Source: Syntrophorhabdaceae bacterium
GTDB lineage: Bacteria; Desulfobacterota; Syntrophorhabdia; Syntrophorhabdales; Syntrophorhabdaceae
Assembly: GCA_963666485.2 (NCBI GenBank)
Contig: CAXXUO010000002.1
Coordinates: 352,001 to 416,000 of the forward strand
Reading direction: 5' to 3'
Length of the DNA stretch: 64,000 nt
This document shows, one piece after another, positions 37,836 to 48,461 of this stretch. The first letter of the stretch is position 1. Each line of letters starts with the position of its first letter. The notes under the pieces are model-generated. The model ran no database searches. It saw only the letters and a program-made list of their open reading frames with translations, and was not told the origin of the DNA. A program made the translations under genes and the position numbers.

Positions 37836-39026
37836 ATGAACATGCTGACAGTGATGATCAAGGTCAACGACACATCGGCCCTCGCATCGATCGAAAATGT
37901 CCTTTCATCGATGGCAGGATACTCGGTACAATCCGAAAACTGCGCTCCCCGTGACCTTCTCATATTCGAGATCACGGATACGGACATTGAGGCGCAGTTT
38001 GCCTACCTCAATGAAGCAATGGCTTTGGGACGGGCTCGCCATCTCTTTCTCCTTTCGAGTGCGACCGACCCGCGGATACTTATTCAGGCCCTGAAGATCG
38101 GCGCGAAAGAGTTCTTCCCATTGCCATTGAACATAGAAGACCTCAAGGGGGCCCTGTTCAAGTTCCGGTCGGCAAGCCAGGGACCCGAGAGCCCCGTGCC
38201 CCACGCTCCTCAACGTACCGGCACCATCATCCATGTCGTGGGGAGCAAGGGCGGCGTCGGGACGACAACAATAGCGGTAAATCTTGCGCGGCATCTCACG
38301 CAGGCACCGGAAACGAAAGTTGCACTCGTCGATATGAACCTTCTCTTCGGGGATATACCGATCTTCCTCAACATGGAACACCCTCTCTTTGACTGGGCGG
38401 AGATAGCACGCAACATAGCGCGCCTCGACAGTAATTTTCTCATGGGAACACTGTACAAGCACCCGAGCGGGCTCTATGTGCTTCCCTCACCAACGGCCAT
38501 CATCGAAAGCCTCCCCTCTGTCCCGGAGATGATCACGAAATTGCTGCACATCATGAAAAGCATGTTCGATTACGTCGTTATCGACGGCGGACAGCATATC
38601 GGGGAAATGACAAAGGTGATCATGAAAACAACCGATACGATAATGATCATAGCCCTTCTCAATCTCCCGTGCCTTATCAACATCAGGAGGCTCATGGATG
38701 TCTTTTCGCGCCTGGGTTACCCGTCCGAGGATCAGATCTCGATCGTTGCCAACAGGGTCAACAAGAGATCGGCATATTTTTCCTTACATGAAGCCGAGAA
38801 AACAACACGGACCAGGATAGCGTTCAGCGTCCCGAATGATTTTCAGAACACGATGAATGCGATAAACACCGGAAGCACGCTGATGGAGGTTGCCCCGGGA
38901 TCGGAGATAAATAAGAGCATCGCCGAAATTGCCGCGTATTTTCGAAAACAGGATGTCAAACGGGATACCGGCCATCGAAAAGGCCTCTTTGGATCCTTCA
39001 GAAATGCAGTGGGGCGGGTCCAATGA
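37836..39026 (+). CDS. cpaE: CpaE/TadZ pilus localisation ATPase-like protein with atypical receiver domain
   Basis: ALKIGAKEFF receiver remnant; GSKGGVGTTTIAVNLA deviant Walker A; FDYVVID. Confidence 0.88.
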   Translation: MNMLTVMIKVNDTSALASIENVLSSMAGYSVQSENCAPRDLLIFEITDTDIEAQFAYLNEAMALGRARHLFLLSSATDPRILIQALKIGAKEFFPLPLNIEDLKGALFKFRSASQGPESPVPHAPQRTGTIIHVVGSKGGVGTTTIAVNLARHLTQAPETKVALVDMNLLFGDIPIFLNMEHPLFDWAEIARNIARLDSNFLMGTLYKHPSGLYVLPSPTAIIESLPSVPEMITKLLHIMKSMFDYVVIDGGQHIGEMTKVIMKTTDTIMIIALLNLPCLINIRRLMDVFSRLGYPSEDQISIVANRVNKRSAYFSLHEAEKTTRTRIAFSVPNDFQNTMNAINTGSTLMEVAPGSEINKSIAEIAAYFRKQDVKRDTGHRKGLFGSFRNAVGRVQ

Positions 39027-39057
39027 GAAGCCGGACAGTTAATCTCAAGGAGTGAAA

Positions 39058-40380
39058 ATGAACGTGCAACCAGCAGAACGGTATCAATTCGTCATGAGCG
39101 ATGAATACCATGAATTAAGAACAAAGGTCCATGACAGGCTGCTCGACATGATCGACCTTTCCATCATTGATACGGTAAGCCCGGGACAGTTGAAACAGGA
39201 GATCCGGTCGGTTGTCGAAGGCATACTGGCCCAGGACGGCTTCAAGGTCCCCATGAATTACGACGAGCGTGAGGCCCTGTGCAACGAGGTTGAGGACGAG
39301 GTCATGGGCCTTGGCCCCATTGAGCCGCTCATGCATGACCCTACCGTAACGGACATACTTGTCAACTCGTACAAACAGGTATATGTCGAAAAATACGGCA
39401 AGCTCCACCCGACCCCGATCCGTTTCCGGGATGACACGCATCTGAAAAAGATCATCGACAGGATCGTTTCCGCTGTCGGGAGAAGAATTGACGAATCGAG
39501 TCCCATGGTCGATGCGCGCCTTCCCGACGGCTCGCGCGTCAACGCAATAGTCCCCCCGCTCGCGATCGACGGGCCGAGCCTGTCCATACGGCGCTTCGCC
39601 GCTGATCCCCTGGAACTCGAGGACCTGATCACATTGAAATCGCTGACCCCCGAGATCGGCGACCTCATCCAGGGCATCGTCAGGTCGCGGCTCAACGTGC
39701 TCATCTCGGGCGGCACAGGGACGGGGAAGACAACGCTGCTTAACGTATTTTCCCGGTTCATCCCCGATGACGAGAGGATCATAACCATAGAGGATTCAGC
39801 AGAACTGCAGCTCAAGCAGGAGCACGTCGTGCGCCTCGAAACAAAGCCTGCGAATATCGAAGGCAAAGGGGAAGTGACCCAGCGCGACCTTGTGCGCAAC
39901 AGCCTGAGGATGAGGCCCGACCGCATTATCGTCGGCGAGGTGCGCGGAGGCGAGGTGCTCGATATGCTCCAGGCAATGAACACGGGGCACGACGGATCTC
40001 TCACCACCGTACACGCGAATTCACCCCGTGATGCACTCTTGCGGCTGGAGACTCTCGTCGCCATGTCGGGACTCAGTATCCCGCACGAGGCGGTACGGCA
40101 GTATATATCGTCGGCGATCAACGTCATATTCCACCTGCAGAGGTTGCTCGACGGTACACGAAAGGTCATAGCCCTCCACGAGATCGTCGGGATGGAGGGT
40201 AACATCATCACTATGCAGGAGATCTTTACGTTCGAACAGACCGGCGTACGCCCCGATGGCTCTGTCAGGGGCAGGTTCAAGGTAGCGGGGATCATGCCGC
40301 GTTTTGTCGAAAGGTTCAAAGCCCAGGGCATACCCGTCCCGAAAGAAATGTTCGGTGTGCCGGTAATGCTCGAAATTTAA
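39058..40380 (+). CDS. cpaF: Tad secretion ATPase CpaF/TadA
   Basis: [44 protein letters not shown]. Confidence 0.96.
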   Translation: MNVQPAERYQFVMSDEYHELRTKVHDRLLDMIDLSIIDTVSPGQLKQEIRSVVEGILAQDGFKVPMNYDEREALCNEVEDEVMGLGPIEPLMHDPTVTDILVNSYKQVYVEKYGKLHPTPIRFRDDTHLKKIIDRIVSAVGRRIDESSPMVDARLPDGSRVNAIVPPLAIDGPSLSIRRFAADPLELEDLITLKSLTPEIGDLIQGIVRSRLNVLISGGTGTGKTTLLNVFSRFIPDDERIITIEDSAELQLKQEHVVRLETKPANIEGKGEVTQRDLVRNSLRMRPDRIIVGEVRGGEVLDMLQAMNTGHDGSLTTVHANSPRDALLRLETLVAMSGLSIPHEAVRQYISSAINVIFHLQRLLDGTRKVIALHEIVGMEGNIITMQEIFTFEQTGVRPDGSVRGRFKVAGIMPRFVERFKAQGIPVPKEMFGVPVMLEI

Positions 40381-40390
40381 AGGATACGCT

Positions 40391-41356
40391 ATGGACTGGC
40401 TGATCGCAGCAGGACTTTTCACAGGGATCATATGCATTGTAGAGGGGATATTGCTTCTCACCCGCCACAGGTGGGACCCGGAATCGAGAAGCGTCGAAAA
40501 GAGACTCGAAAAACTGGTCCGGAACAACCCGGTGCACAATACGGGGGGCATATTGAAGAAAAGGACGTTCAGCGGTGTGCCCTACCTGAATACATTGCTC
40601 TCGAGGATCCCCCTCGTGCACAGGCTCGACCGGCTCGTGATCGCGGCGGACGTACGCGTTCCCGTCAGCGTATTCGTGTTGATATCGTGCGTGCTGGCAC
40701 TGTCCACCTATTTTATTCTTACCACCATGATGCGCAGCTACATCATGCCCGCGATCGCCGCGGCTCTTATGACAGGCGCCCCGTTTTTCTACCTGTCCCT
40801 GAAAAAACGCGAGCGGATCGCCAAGTTCCAGCGCCAGTTCCCCGATGCACTCGACCTGATGGCGCGTTCTCTTAAGGCCGGGCACGCATTCTCCGGGGGG
40901 CTCAATATGGTGGCACGCGAGTTCGATGGCCCGGTGGGACAGGAATTCCTGCAGGTTGTTCACGAGATCAATTTCGGTGCATCCATCGATCAGGCTCTGA
41001 GGAACATGGTCGACCGGATCGATGTACCTGACCTCAAGTTCTTCACCGTATCCGTGGTGGTCCAGAAGGAGAGCGGCGGCAATCTTGCCGATATACTCGA
41101 AAGTATAGCCGGGTTGACACGCGAAAGGTTCAAGCTGGCAGGAAAGATCAAGGCTTTAAGCGCTGAAGGCAAACTGACAGCGATAATATTAGCGGCATTG
41201 CCATTCGTCATTGTACTGACCCTGTCGGTTATAAACCCTGAATACCTGCCGGAAATGCTCGATGATCCGGCCGGACGGGTCTTTGTGACGGTGGCGGCGA
41301 TCATGATGGGCATCGGCATAGCGGTCACGAAAAAAATGGTCAGTATAAAGATCTAG
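40391..41356 (+). CDS. tadB: TadB inner-membrane platform protein
   Basis: QFPDALDLMARSLKAGH, ESGGNLA.IL, LSAEGK. Confidence 0.92.
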   Translation: MDWLIAAGLFTGIICIVEGILLLTRHRWDPESRSVEKRLEKLVRNNPVHNTGGILKKRTFSGVPYLNTLLSRIPLVHRLDRLVIAADVRVPVSVFVLISCVLALSTYFILTTMMRSYIMPAIAAALMTGAPFFYLSLKKRERIAKFQRQFPDALDLMARSLKAGHAFSGGLNMVAREFDGPVGQEFLQVVHEINFGASIDQALRNMVDRIDVPDLKFFTVSVVVQKESGGNLADILESIAGLTRERFKLAGKIKALSAEGKLTAIILAALPFVIVLTLSVINPEYLPEMLDDPAGRVFVTVAAIMMGIGIAVTKKMVSIKI

Positions 41357-41366
41357 GGGAACGCAT

Positions 41367-42311
41367 ATGACAGTGATAACCATACTGATACCGGTCTTGA
41401 TTTTCGGCCTCGTGATCTTTGCCGTTATCGGCACGGCGCACTACATCTCGTACAAGAAGGAACGCCAGGACGTTCTCAGGAAGGTCGAGAACAAGGGCCG
41501 GGCCACAGGCCCCGATGCGTCCGGCGTACCGATGGCAGGGATACGAAAGCTCCTCATCGGCGTAACCCGGCGCCTGGGCACCCTGGCGCAGCCGAAAAAG
41601 GAAGCCGAAATATCTCACCTGAGACAGCGCTTCATGCAAGCCGGCCTGTCCAGATTGAAGAATGCCACAATACTATTTTATGGCGCAAAGATCCTGTGTG
41701 CCATTTGTGTACCCGCATGTTTTTTCATTATACAGATGATCTTTTTCCGCAACATGGTCCCGTCCCAGTCCATATTCATAGTGCTGCTTGCCGCCCTTAT
41801 CGGATTCTATATCCCGGTCATCTGGCTCAGGATGAGAATCAACAGCCGCAGGGAACAGATCCTCCTCGGATTCCCGGACGGCCTTGACCTGATGGTCGTA
41901 TGCGCCGAGGCGGGCATGGGCCTTGATTCGGCCATTGTCCGGGTCGGCGAGGAGATCAAGGTGAGGCACAGGGCATTGAGCGAGGAGCTAAAACTCCTCA
42001 CGCTTGAACTGAGGGCCGGGAAGTTAAGGCGCGACGCGTTGAAAAATCTTGCGATGCGCTGTAATTCCGAGGACGTCCAGAGTTTCGCGACGCTCCTTAT
42101 TCAGACCGAAAAATTCGGTACCAACGTTGCACAGGCCATGCGGGTACAGGCGGATTCGATGAGAACGAAAAGGACGCAGAGAGTCGAGGAACTCGCCGCG
42201 TCATTGCCCGTCAAGTTGCTTTTCCCGACGATCCTGTGCATATTCCCGTCGCTTTTTCTCGTTCTCATAGGTCCTGCTTTGATCCAGGCGTTCAGGGTCT
42301 GGAAAGGATAA
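41367..42311 (+). CDS. tadC: TadC inner-membrane platform protein
   Basis: PDGLDLMVVCAEAGMG, LIQTEKFGT, KLLFP..IFP. Confidence 0.92.
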   Translation: MTVITILIPVLIFGLVIFAVIGTAHYISYKKERQDVLRKVENKGRATGPDASGVPMAGIRKLLIGVTRRLGTLAQPKKEAEISHLRQRFMQAGLSRLKNATILFYGAKILCAICVPACFFIIQMIFFRNMVPSQSIFIVLLAALIGFYIPVIWLRMRINSRREQILLGFPDGLDLMVVCAEAGMGLDSAIVRVGEEIKVRHRALSEELKLLTLELRAGKLRRDALKNLAMRCNSEDVQSFATLLIQTEKFGTNVAQAMRVQADSMRTKRTQRVEELAASLPVKLLFPTILCIFPSLFLVLIGPALIQAFRVWKG

Positions 42312-42330
42312 TACAAACAGGGAGATCTTT

Positions 42331-43311
42331 ATGGACCATACAAACCTGAAATATTTTGCCCGTGCCCTTTTGTGCGGTGTCGTCATGGCGGTACTTGCGA
42401 CCGGGTGTTCGTCGTCGAAAAGCATTTTCAGTTTTTTCAAGTTCCGCGGGCCGGGAGATGAAAAGGCTGCGGATAATGAATCCGCCACGCGGGCATCCGC
42501 TTTCATGGCACAGGTAAAATCGGCCCGGGGGAACCCGGATTCTCATTACAGGCTGGGAGTGCACTACCAGGGCCGGGGGCTCAACCAGGAAGCGATCGAG
42601 GAATTCAGGAAGACGATCGCTATAGACCCGGGTCATGTCTTCGCGTACAACGGGCTTGGTATTGCGTACGACAGCCTGGGGGAAAGGGCCCGGGCGCGCG
42701 ACGCGTATCGCATGGCCCTCGCGATCGCCCCGCATGACCGGCACGCATACAACAACCTCGGCTATTCCTTCATTCTCGAAGGTGACTATACATCGGCTGT
42801 CGCCATACTTCATGAAGGATTAAGCGTTAATGAAAATGACGCACATATGCGAAATAACCTCGCACTGGCATATATGGCACTGGGGGAGACGACGCTGGCA
42901 CGCTCCGAGATTGAAAAGGCTCCCGGCCCCGGCAGGGTAGAAACTGCCCTCGAAAATATCGAGGAAAAACTGGGCCAGATCGAAATGGACAGGGTGCCGC
43001 ACGTCGTGGCACGGGGCAGCATTTCCAGCGAGAACATCGTGCCGGTCCCCGCCACGAACAGGTTTGCGGACAGGATGGCGCGGTCCCTCGCCCGGGCAAA
43101 GAAAGCAAAAGGACGGACCCTTGCAGGCCCTGTCGATCTCAAGCCTCCACGGCTTGACCCCGATTACCTGATGGTTGTAAAAAGAGACGTTGGCGCCCAA
43201 CCGGTAACATCCGCCGGTCCGGACAATCCTGTCCGCCAGATCATGAAAACGAAAAATACCGGAGATGCCGACATTATCGACTCTCTTGCAAGGAGACAGA
43301 TATGGTTCTGA
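42331..43311 (+). CDS. TPR lipoprotein (TadD-like pilotin)
   Basis: Lipobox LATG-C; TPRs with AYNGLG, AYNNLG, RNNLA. Confidence 0.78.
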   Translation: MDHTNLKYFARALLCGVVMAVLATGCSSSKSIFSFFKFRGPGDEKAADNESATRASAFMAQVKSARGNPDSHYRLGVHYQGRGLNQEAIEEFRKTIAIDPGHVFAYNGLGIAYDSLGERARARDAYRMALAIAPHDRHAYNNLGYSFILEGDYTSAVAILHEGLSVNENDAHMRNNLALAYMALGETTLARSEIEKAPGPGRVETALENIEEKLGQIEMDRVPHVVARGSISSENIVPVPATNRFADRMARSLARAKKAKGRTLAGPVDLKPPRLDPDYLMVVKRDVGAQPVTSAGPDNPVRQIMKTKNTGDADIIDSLARRQIWF

Positions 43312-44279
43312 TACGCCGCCTTGACGCACTAAAGATACTCATCGACACCGTATTGCTTACGGCGCTATTCTGCCTGCTCGCATGCGTTTCCGGGTGCGGG
43401 ACGACCCGGGAGACTGCGCTTGACAGGCAGTACCAGCGCATTGTCGAACAGCAGCAGGCAAAACGCAACGCCGATGCGGACGATCTTGAAGCAAAGATGC
43501 CTGATCTGAACAATCCGGCGGCATTTGAACGGATGGGAGACGCCTATCTCAAGACAGGCAACGTGGCTATGGCCTGCATCGAATACGGCAAGGCCGTGCA
43601 ATTAAGACCGGATGACCTGCTGCTCAGGCACAAGATAGGGCGGTGCATGCTGAAACAAAAAATGTGGGCCCGGGCACTCGAGCAATTCGACTTCATCCTC
43701 GTGAGGACGCCGGGAAATTCGGACGCTCTGCAGGGCCGGGCAGCGGCCTATATACACCTTGGACGCCCTGAAGAGGCCGAAGCGGTCCTGAAATCGGTCG
43801 TTCAGGGTAATTCGGCGATGTGGCAGGCTCACGCGCTCCTCGGAATGGTTTACGAAACACAAAAGCGGTACCTTTTTGCGACCGAAGCTTACGAAAAAGC
43901 GATAGCGATCAATCCGAGGTCGGGAGAACTGTACGACAGGCTCGGAAGGTCGCTCTACAAAGCGGCCCGCTACCGGGAATCTGCCGAGGCGTTGCTCAAG
44001 GCAATAAAATTAAACCCGTCCGACGCCACGGTCTATGATCATCTCGGTTTTGCCCTTTTCAAGGCGGGGCTCGAATCTGAAGCGCTCGATGCATTCAGGA
44101 AAAGCGGCGACGAAGCAGCCGCCTGCAACAATATGGGGACCTTGTACCTGGAGAAAAGCGATTACGCGAGATCGATCGACTATTTCTCCAAGGCCATCGA
44201 TCTGAAGCCAAGCTATTACGAGGCAGCGCACAGGGGACTCAAAAAAGCGCAGGCGATGAAAATAGGCGATAGGCGATAG
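43302..44279 (+). CDS. Second TPR lipoprotein (TadD-like)
   Basis: Lipobox VSG-C; multiple TPRs. Confidence 0.78.
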   Translation: MVLIRRLDALKILIDTVLLTALFCLLACVSGCGTTRETALDRQYQRIVEQQQAKRNADADDLEAKMPDLNNPAAFERMGDAYLKTGNVAMACIEYGKAVQLRPDDLLLRHKIGRCMLKQKMWARALEQFDFILVRTPGNSDALQGRAAAYIHLGRPEEAEAVLKSVVQGNSAMWQAHALLGMVYETQKRYLFATEAYEKAIAINPRSGELYDRLGRSLYKAARYRESAEALLKAIKLNPSDATVYDHLGFALFKAGLESEALDAFRKSGDEAAACNNMGTLYLEKSDYARSIDYFSKAIDLKPSYYEAAHRGLKKAQAMKIGDRR

Positions 44280-44363
44280 GCGATGGGTAATAGGCGATGG
44301 GTGGTCGGGTAAGATTTCCTGACCGGTCAAATTCCCATTGCCCATTGCCTATCGCCCATTACC
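44262..44363. repeat. Inverted pair of heptamer arrays (ATAGGCG/ATGGGTA vs CCCATTG/CCTATCG)
   Basis: Left arm overlaps the TPR gene stop; ~22-nt spacer. Confidence 0.82.
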
Positions 44364-44426
44364 TGCATTTTTATTGTTTTTTCCCGGGCCATCGTATAGA
44401 ATTCATTAAAAAATCACGAGGGTCCC

Positions 44427-44765
44427 ATGGAAATAGCCAGCCGCAAGGAAAAAGACATAACGATCGTGTCGGTTTCGGGCAGGATCGATGCGATCACCGC
44501 GCCGGAATTTGAAAGTAATCTCGACGGGCTGATCACTGCGGGCGAAAAAATACTCATTATCGACCTTGCAGGGCTCGGCTATATCAGCAGCGCCGGCTTG
44601 AGAAGCATACTTTCGTCAGCGAAAAAACTCAAAGCGCAGTCCGGCGAGATACTTTTTACCGGGCTTGCGGGACCTGTCGACGAAGTCTTCCAGATATCGG
44701 GGTTCAAATCGATATTCAAAATATTCCCGTCCGAATCAGACGCTCTTGCGGCCTTTCAGGGATGA
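44427..44765 (+). CDS. Anti-sigma factor antagonist (STAS)
   Basis: GRIDA.TAP, IDL..L.YISSAGLR with phosphoacceptor Ser, VF.ISGF. Confidence 0.92.
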   Translation: MEIASRKEKDITIVSVSGRIDAITAPEFESNLDGLITAGEKILIIDLAGLGYISSAGLRSILSSAKKLKAQSGEILFTGLAGPVDEVFQISGFKSIFKIFPSESDALAAFQG

Positions 44766-45187
44766 GCGAACAAGAACGCCAGCTTTGTCATATTGAGCTT
44801 CCAGCACAGCTCAAGTCGTTGCCCCTTTTCATGGAGAAGGTGATCCAATATGCCGGCGGGATCGGCATAGGCGAACACAAGCTTGGCGCCATGGAACTGG
44901 CGCTGGAAGAGGCCATTGTCAATATCGTCAAGTATTCATCCCATGCCCCTGACAGCATTATAACCGTGGAGTGCGGGTTTAAGAACCCGGGAGAGTTCAC
45001 GATCGATATCATCGACGACGGCCCTGAATTCAACCCGCTCAACAGGGATGCGCCGGATACCGAAGCAGATATAAATGACCGCCCCATCGGCGGCCTCGGA
45101 ATATTCTTCATCAAGGAAATGACAGACGGCGTCTCCTACACCCGTAAAGACAACAAAAACGTACTCACCATAGTAATGAAAAAATAA
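44762..45187 (+). CDS. Anti-sigma factor / Ser kinase (RsbW-like HATPase)
   Basis: LALEEAIVNI..Y, DDG.EFNP, RPIGGLGIF, Y.R....N.L. Confidence 0.9.
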   Translation: MSEQERQLCHIELPAQLKSLPLFMEKVIQYAGGIGIGEHKLGAMELALEEAIVNIVKYSSHAPDSIITVECGFKNPGEFTIDIIDDGPEFNPLNRDAPDTEADINDRPIGGLGIFFIKEMTDGVSYTRKDNKNVLTIVMKK

Positions 45188-45225
45188 TCAATTAAACCGT
45201 AAAAGCAGGTAGTACGATCTGAGGA

Positions 45226-45393
45226 AAAACCTTGGATCCCGGTGTCAAGCACCGGGATGACGAGAATGTCGCCTTTTACGTGGAACGTGGAACGTGGAAC
45301 CTTTTTTACGCCTTACGCCTTACGCCTTTCGCCTTTCGCCTTTCGCCTTTCGCCGTTAGCCGTTAGCCGTTAGCCGTTAGCCGTTAGCCGTTT
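45226..45393. repeat. Composite repeat: CGTC-type subtype A + ACGTGGA x3 + GCC-heptamer x12
   Basis: Read directly; homologous arrangement at 51687-51810. Confidence 0.88.
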
Positions 45394-46378
45394 ATATCTC
45401 TATCTCCTGCCCGTCATAAGCAAGATCGATCTTGAGAGGATGCGGCTGCCGGTTATTGTAGATGTTCAGATAATTCTTCGTATCTTCGAGCAGCGTACCG
45501 AGCTTCTCATCACTGTAGGTCGGCTCGTTGTGAAAAAGACAGAGACGCTTGACATTCGCTTTGACCGCCAGCTCGACTGCAGCGACGTAGCAGGAATGTC
45601 CCCAATCCTCTTTCGACTGCACCGCATCGTTCCAATCGTACTGGGCGTCGAATATGAGCAGGTCGGCATCTTTAAAGAAATCGAGAAACGGATAATTACT
45701 GTCGCGGGCGGGGCTGTCGAAACTGGTCTTGTGTTCCGCATCCGAGGAATAAACGACGCTTTTGCCGTCCTTTTCAAAACGAAATCCGTACGATGTGCCG
45801 GGGTGCTTCTGCTCGATCCCCGATACAGTGAAACCGCCTATTGCCGTTGGCTTGTCCGGATCGAGCCTCACGAATTGAATATCCGCACTCATTGCCGCAA
45901 GAGGAACGGGGAAATAGGGCTCATTCTGCTGTTTTGTAAAATGCTCTTCTATCTGCTCCTGGTATCCGTATATCTTCACCCGGTTGCCCGGTACATAGGC
46001 GGGCGTAAAGAACGGGAACCCCTGGATATGGTCCCAATGAAAATGCGAGATAAAAATATGGAATGTCGAACCTGTTTTCGGATAGAGCCCTCGCTCGACC
46101 AGTTTCATGTGATGGTTGCCGAGATCGCGCAGGCCGGTGCCGGCATCGCAGATAATATATTCGTCGCCATCCTTCAACTCGATGCATGCCGTATTGCTGC
46201 CGTATGTGCTGCTGATCGTAAAAGGAAGTTCCGTATCCACGAAACGTTCGATATCGGCCTCGTCCGCGAAGGTACGCACCCGGGCCGTTTCAAGCGCCCG
46301 CACTATCTTGCTGCGGATAGTCTCGGCTGTTATGGACGCCGGAAGTGATCCCCGGGTTCCCCAGAAATAAACACGCAT
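45392..46378 (-). CDS. MBL-fold metallohydrolase (phosphodiesterase-like)
   Basis: FWGTRGS, DAGTG, SHFHWDHIQG, HPG, DAQY, WGHS, FHNEP. Confidence 0.88.
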   Translation of the reverse strand: MRVYFWGTRGSLPASITAETIRSKIVRALETARVRTFADEADIERFVDTELPFTISSTYGSNTACIELKDGDEYIICDAGTGLRDLGNHHMKLVERGLYPKTGSTFHIFISHFHWDHIQGFPFFTPAYVPGNRVKIYGYQEQIEEHFTKQQNEPYFPVPLAAMSADIQFVRLDPDKPTAIGGFTVSGIEQKHPGTSYGFRFEKDGKSVVYSSDAEHKTSFDSPARDSNYPFLDFFKDADLLIFDAQYDWNDAVQSKEDWGHSCYVAAVELAVKANVKRLCLFHNEPTYSDEKLGTLLEDTKNYLNIYNNRQPHPLKIDLAYDGQEIEI

Positions 46379-46529
46379 GCGAATCCTCTTATCCCGATAA
46401 TTTCTAGCTATTTTATCTTCTTGCGCGCAAAATGCAAGAATTTTAATATTGTACCGTCAAAAAACACAGGAAAGACATGATAAAAATCACAAAAAAGATA
46501 AGCAAACGAACATCGTAATAAATCGTTAT

Positions 46530-48461
46530 TTAAATATTCCCGTTATATCGCAGGGCCATCATGGTTATATCATCATACTGGGGGGTCTCCTGGCAGAAGT
46601 CATTCACGGCGTCCGTGACGCATTCGACTATCTCCGTAGCTGATCTCTCAGTACACCGGGAAAGGACGTCAAGCAGCCTGTCGTTGGAAAATATCTCATC
46701 CGCTGCATTCATGGCTTCTGTCACCCCGTCCGTGTACAGGAACAGCCTGTCGCCCGCATCGAGGAACACCTGCCGGGATGAGTACGGAGAACCCTCCATG
46801 ATCCCTACGACAAGGTCTCCGGAACAATCGAGATACTGCACGTCGCCGCCCTTTCTCATAATGACAGGCGGATTGTGCCCCCCGTTCGTATACCGCACTT
46901 CACCCGTTTGCGTGTTGAGGATCGCGCAGAAGACGGTTATGAACATGTCCGCGGGATTGCCTCTGCTCAATTCGTCGTTAACCTCCTGCATGAGCACACC
47001 CGTGTCCAGGTCTGCCGCAGCCTTGGCCTTGATCAGGGTCTTTGTAAAAGCCATGAAGAGTGCGGCGGGTATCCCTTTGCCGGATGCGTCGCCGATAACG
47101 AAACACAGGTGATCTTGGTCGACGAGGAAAAGATCGTAGAAATCGCCGCCGACCTCGCGCGCCGGTATGGTCTGGGCATAGATGTCAAAATCCGTCCTGT
47201 CCGGAAAAGGAGGGAATACCTTGGGAAGGATCCCCATCTGTATGTTCCGCGCTATCTTCAACTCGCTTTCCATGCGCTGGCGGGAAGCCGCGGTATCCGC
47301 TATTTCGTGGATATAATCCTTGAGCGATCTCTTCATGCAGTCGAGCGCAAGGGCGAGCCGTCCGACCTCGTCGCGCGTTTTCACCTCCGGGACCTGGGTC
47401 TCGAGATCACCCGTCCCGATCCGCCCCGCAATATCTGCCATAATGGTAAGGGGTTTCGTGATCGAGCGGGCGATAAACACAACAGCCAGGGCGAGGAGCG
47501 CAAGGCCCGTAATGCCGAGCGCGAGGACCACGTGGTTCAGGTTCGTTATGTCCGACATGAGTTCATCATAGGGGAAGAGGACCCCGAGAGACCAGCCGTT
47601 CGATTTGATCGGGACATACGTCATTATGCACGATTTCCCGGTAACGGCACTTTTAACCGAATGGCCCGAAAACCCGGCCTGCCCCCTGATCATTTTTCGC
47701 CCGGTTTCCCGAAGCGACGGATCGTTCCTCTCCTCGGCGACCGAGAAGATGGTCTCGTTCATGATGTATTCCTTGATCGGATGTGTCACGAACGTCCCGT
47801 TTTTTGAAATAAGGAAACCGTAGCCCGATTGGAGGATCTTGATCGATGACACAATGTCCCTCAAATGTTCCAGGGAGATGTCCACGATAACGATCCCGGT
47901 CAATTTACGCTGGCCGTCGACACTCTTGTAGAAGGGGACCGCGTAAGAGGACATAAGGATCCCTCCGCCCTCCCCGAAATACGGCTCGGTCCACTGGGGC
48001 GCCTCGAGTTCCCGGGGGATCTGGTACCAGTCCCACGTAAAGTAATCGTAGAACTTATCGAGATACTTAAAACTGATCCCCCCGTTGACCTTATAAAAAT
48101 AGGGGGCATAATACTTCTTCTTTTTATCAAAGGCGTACGGTTCGAAGGCGACCGCGGCACCGTATATTTCCGGGTTGCGCTCTACGATCGCGTACAGGAC
48201 CTTGAAAAGTTCGGACTCGTCATAGTTCATATTTTCGAGCAGGTATGCCGCGTTCTGAGGAACTTTCTGGGTCGAGGTCAGAAGCACCTCGATCCTGCTC
48301 GTTGTCGTGGTTATGAGGTTTGCGGAATTCTCCTCGATGCCCTTCTGGATCATGCGGCGCGACACAAGGTAATTGTAGCTGAAGATAGCCGCAAATATAG
48401 CCGCGCTGCTCAACGTAAAGAAGATAACAAGTTTGAATGCTATACCCTTATTTTTGAACAT
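46530..48461 (-). CDS. Membrane sensor phosphatase: dCache-HAMP-SpoIIE (RsbU-like PP2C)
   Basis: TM; WDWY..P, WTEPY Cache motifs; TM; DEVGRL HAMP; VGGDFYD, GDASGKG, NGGHNPP, YTDGVTEA, DDIT. Confidence 0.92.
   Translation of the reverse strand: MFKNKGIAFKLVIFFTLSSAAIFAAIFSYNYLVSRRMIQKGIEENSANLITTTTSRIEVLLTSTQKVPQNAAYLLENMNYDESELFKVLYAIVERNPEIYGAAVAFEPYAFDKKKKYYAPYFYKVNGGISFKYLDKFYDYFTWDWYQIPRELEAPQWTEPYFGEGGGILMSSYAVPFYKSVDGQRKLTGIVIVDISLEHLRDIVSSIKILQSGYGFLISKNGTFVTHPIKEYIMNETIFSVAEERNDPSLRETGRKMIRGQAGFSGHSVKSAVTGKSCIMTYVPIKSNGWSLGVLFPYDELMSDITNLNHVVLALGITGLALLALAVVFIARSITKPLTIMADIAGRIGTGDLETQVPEVKTRDEVGRLALALDCMKRSLKDYIHEIADTAASRQRMESELKIARNIQMGILPKVFPPFPDRTDFDIYAQTIPAREVGGDFYDLFLVDQDHLCFVIGDASGKGIPAALFMAFTKTLIKAKAAADLDTGVLMQEVNDELSRGNPADMFITVFCAILNTQTGEVRYTNGGHNPPVIMRKGGDVQYLDCSGDLVVGIMEGSPYSSRQVFLDAGDRLFLYTDGVTEAMNAADEIFSNDRLLDVLSRCTERSATEIVECVTDAVNDFCQETPQYDDITMMALRYNGNI

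Noticed and set aside
31022..44279. Tad locus as an island at tRNA-His
   Set aside because: No integrase, att repeat or obvious compositional shift seen
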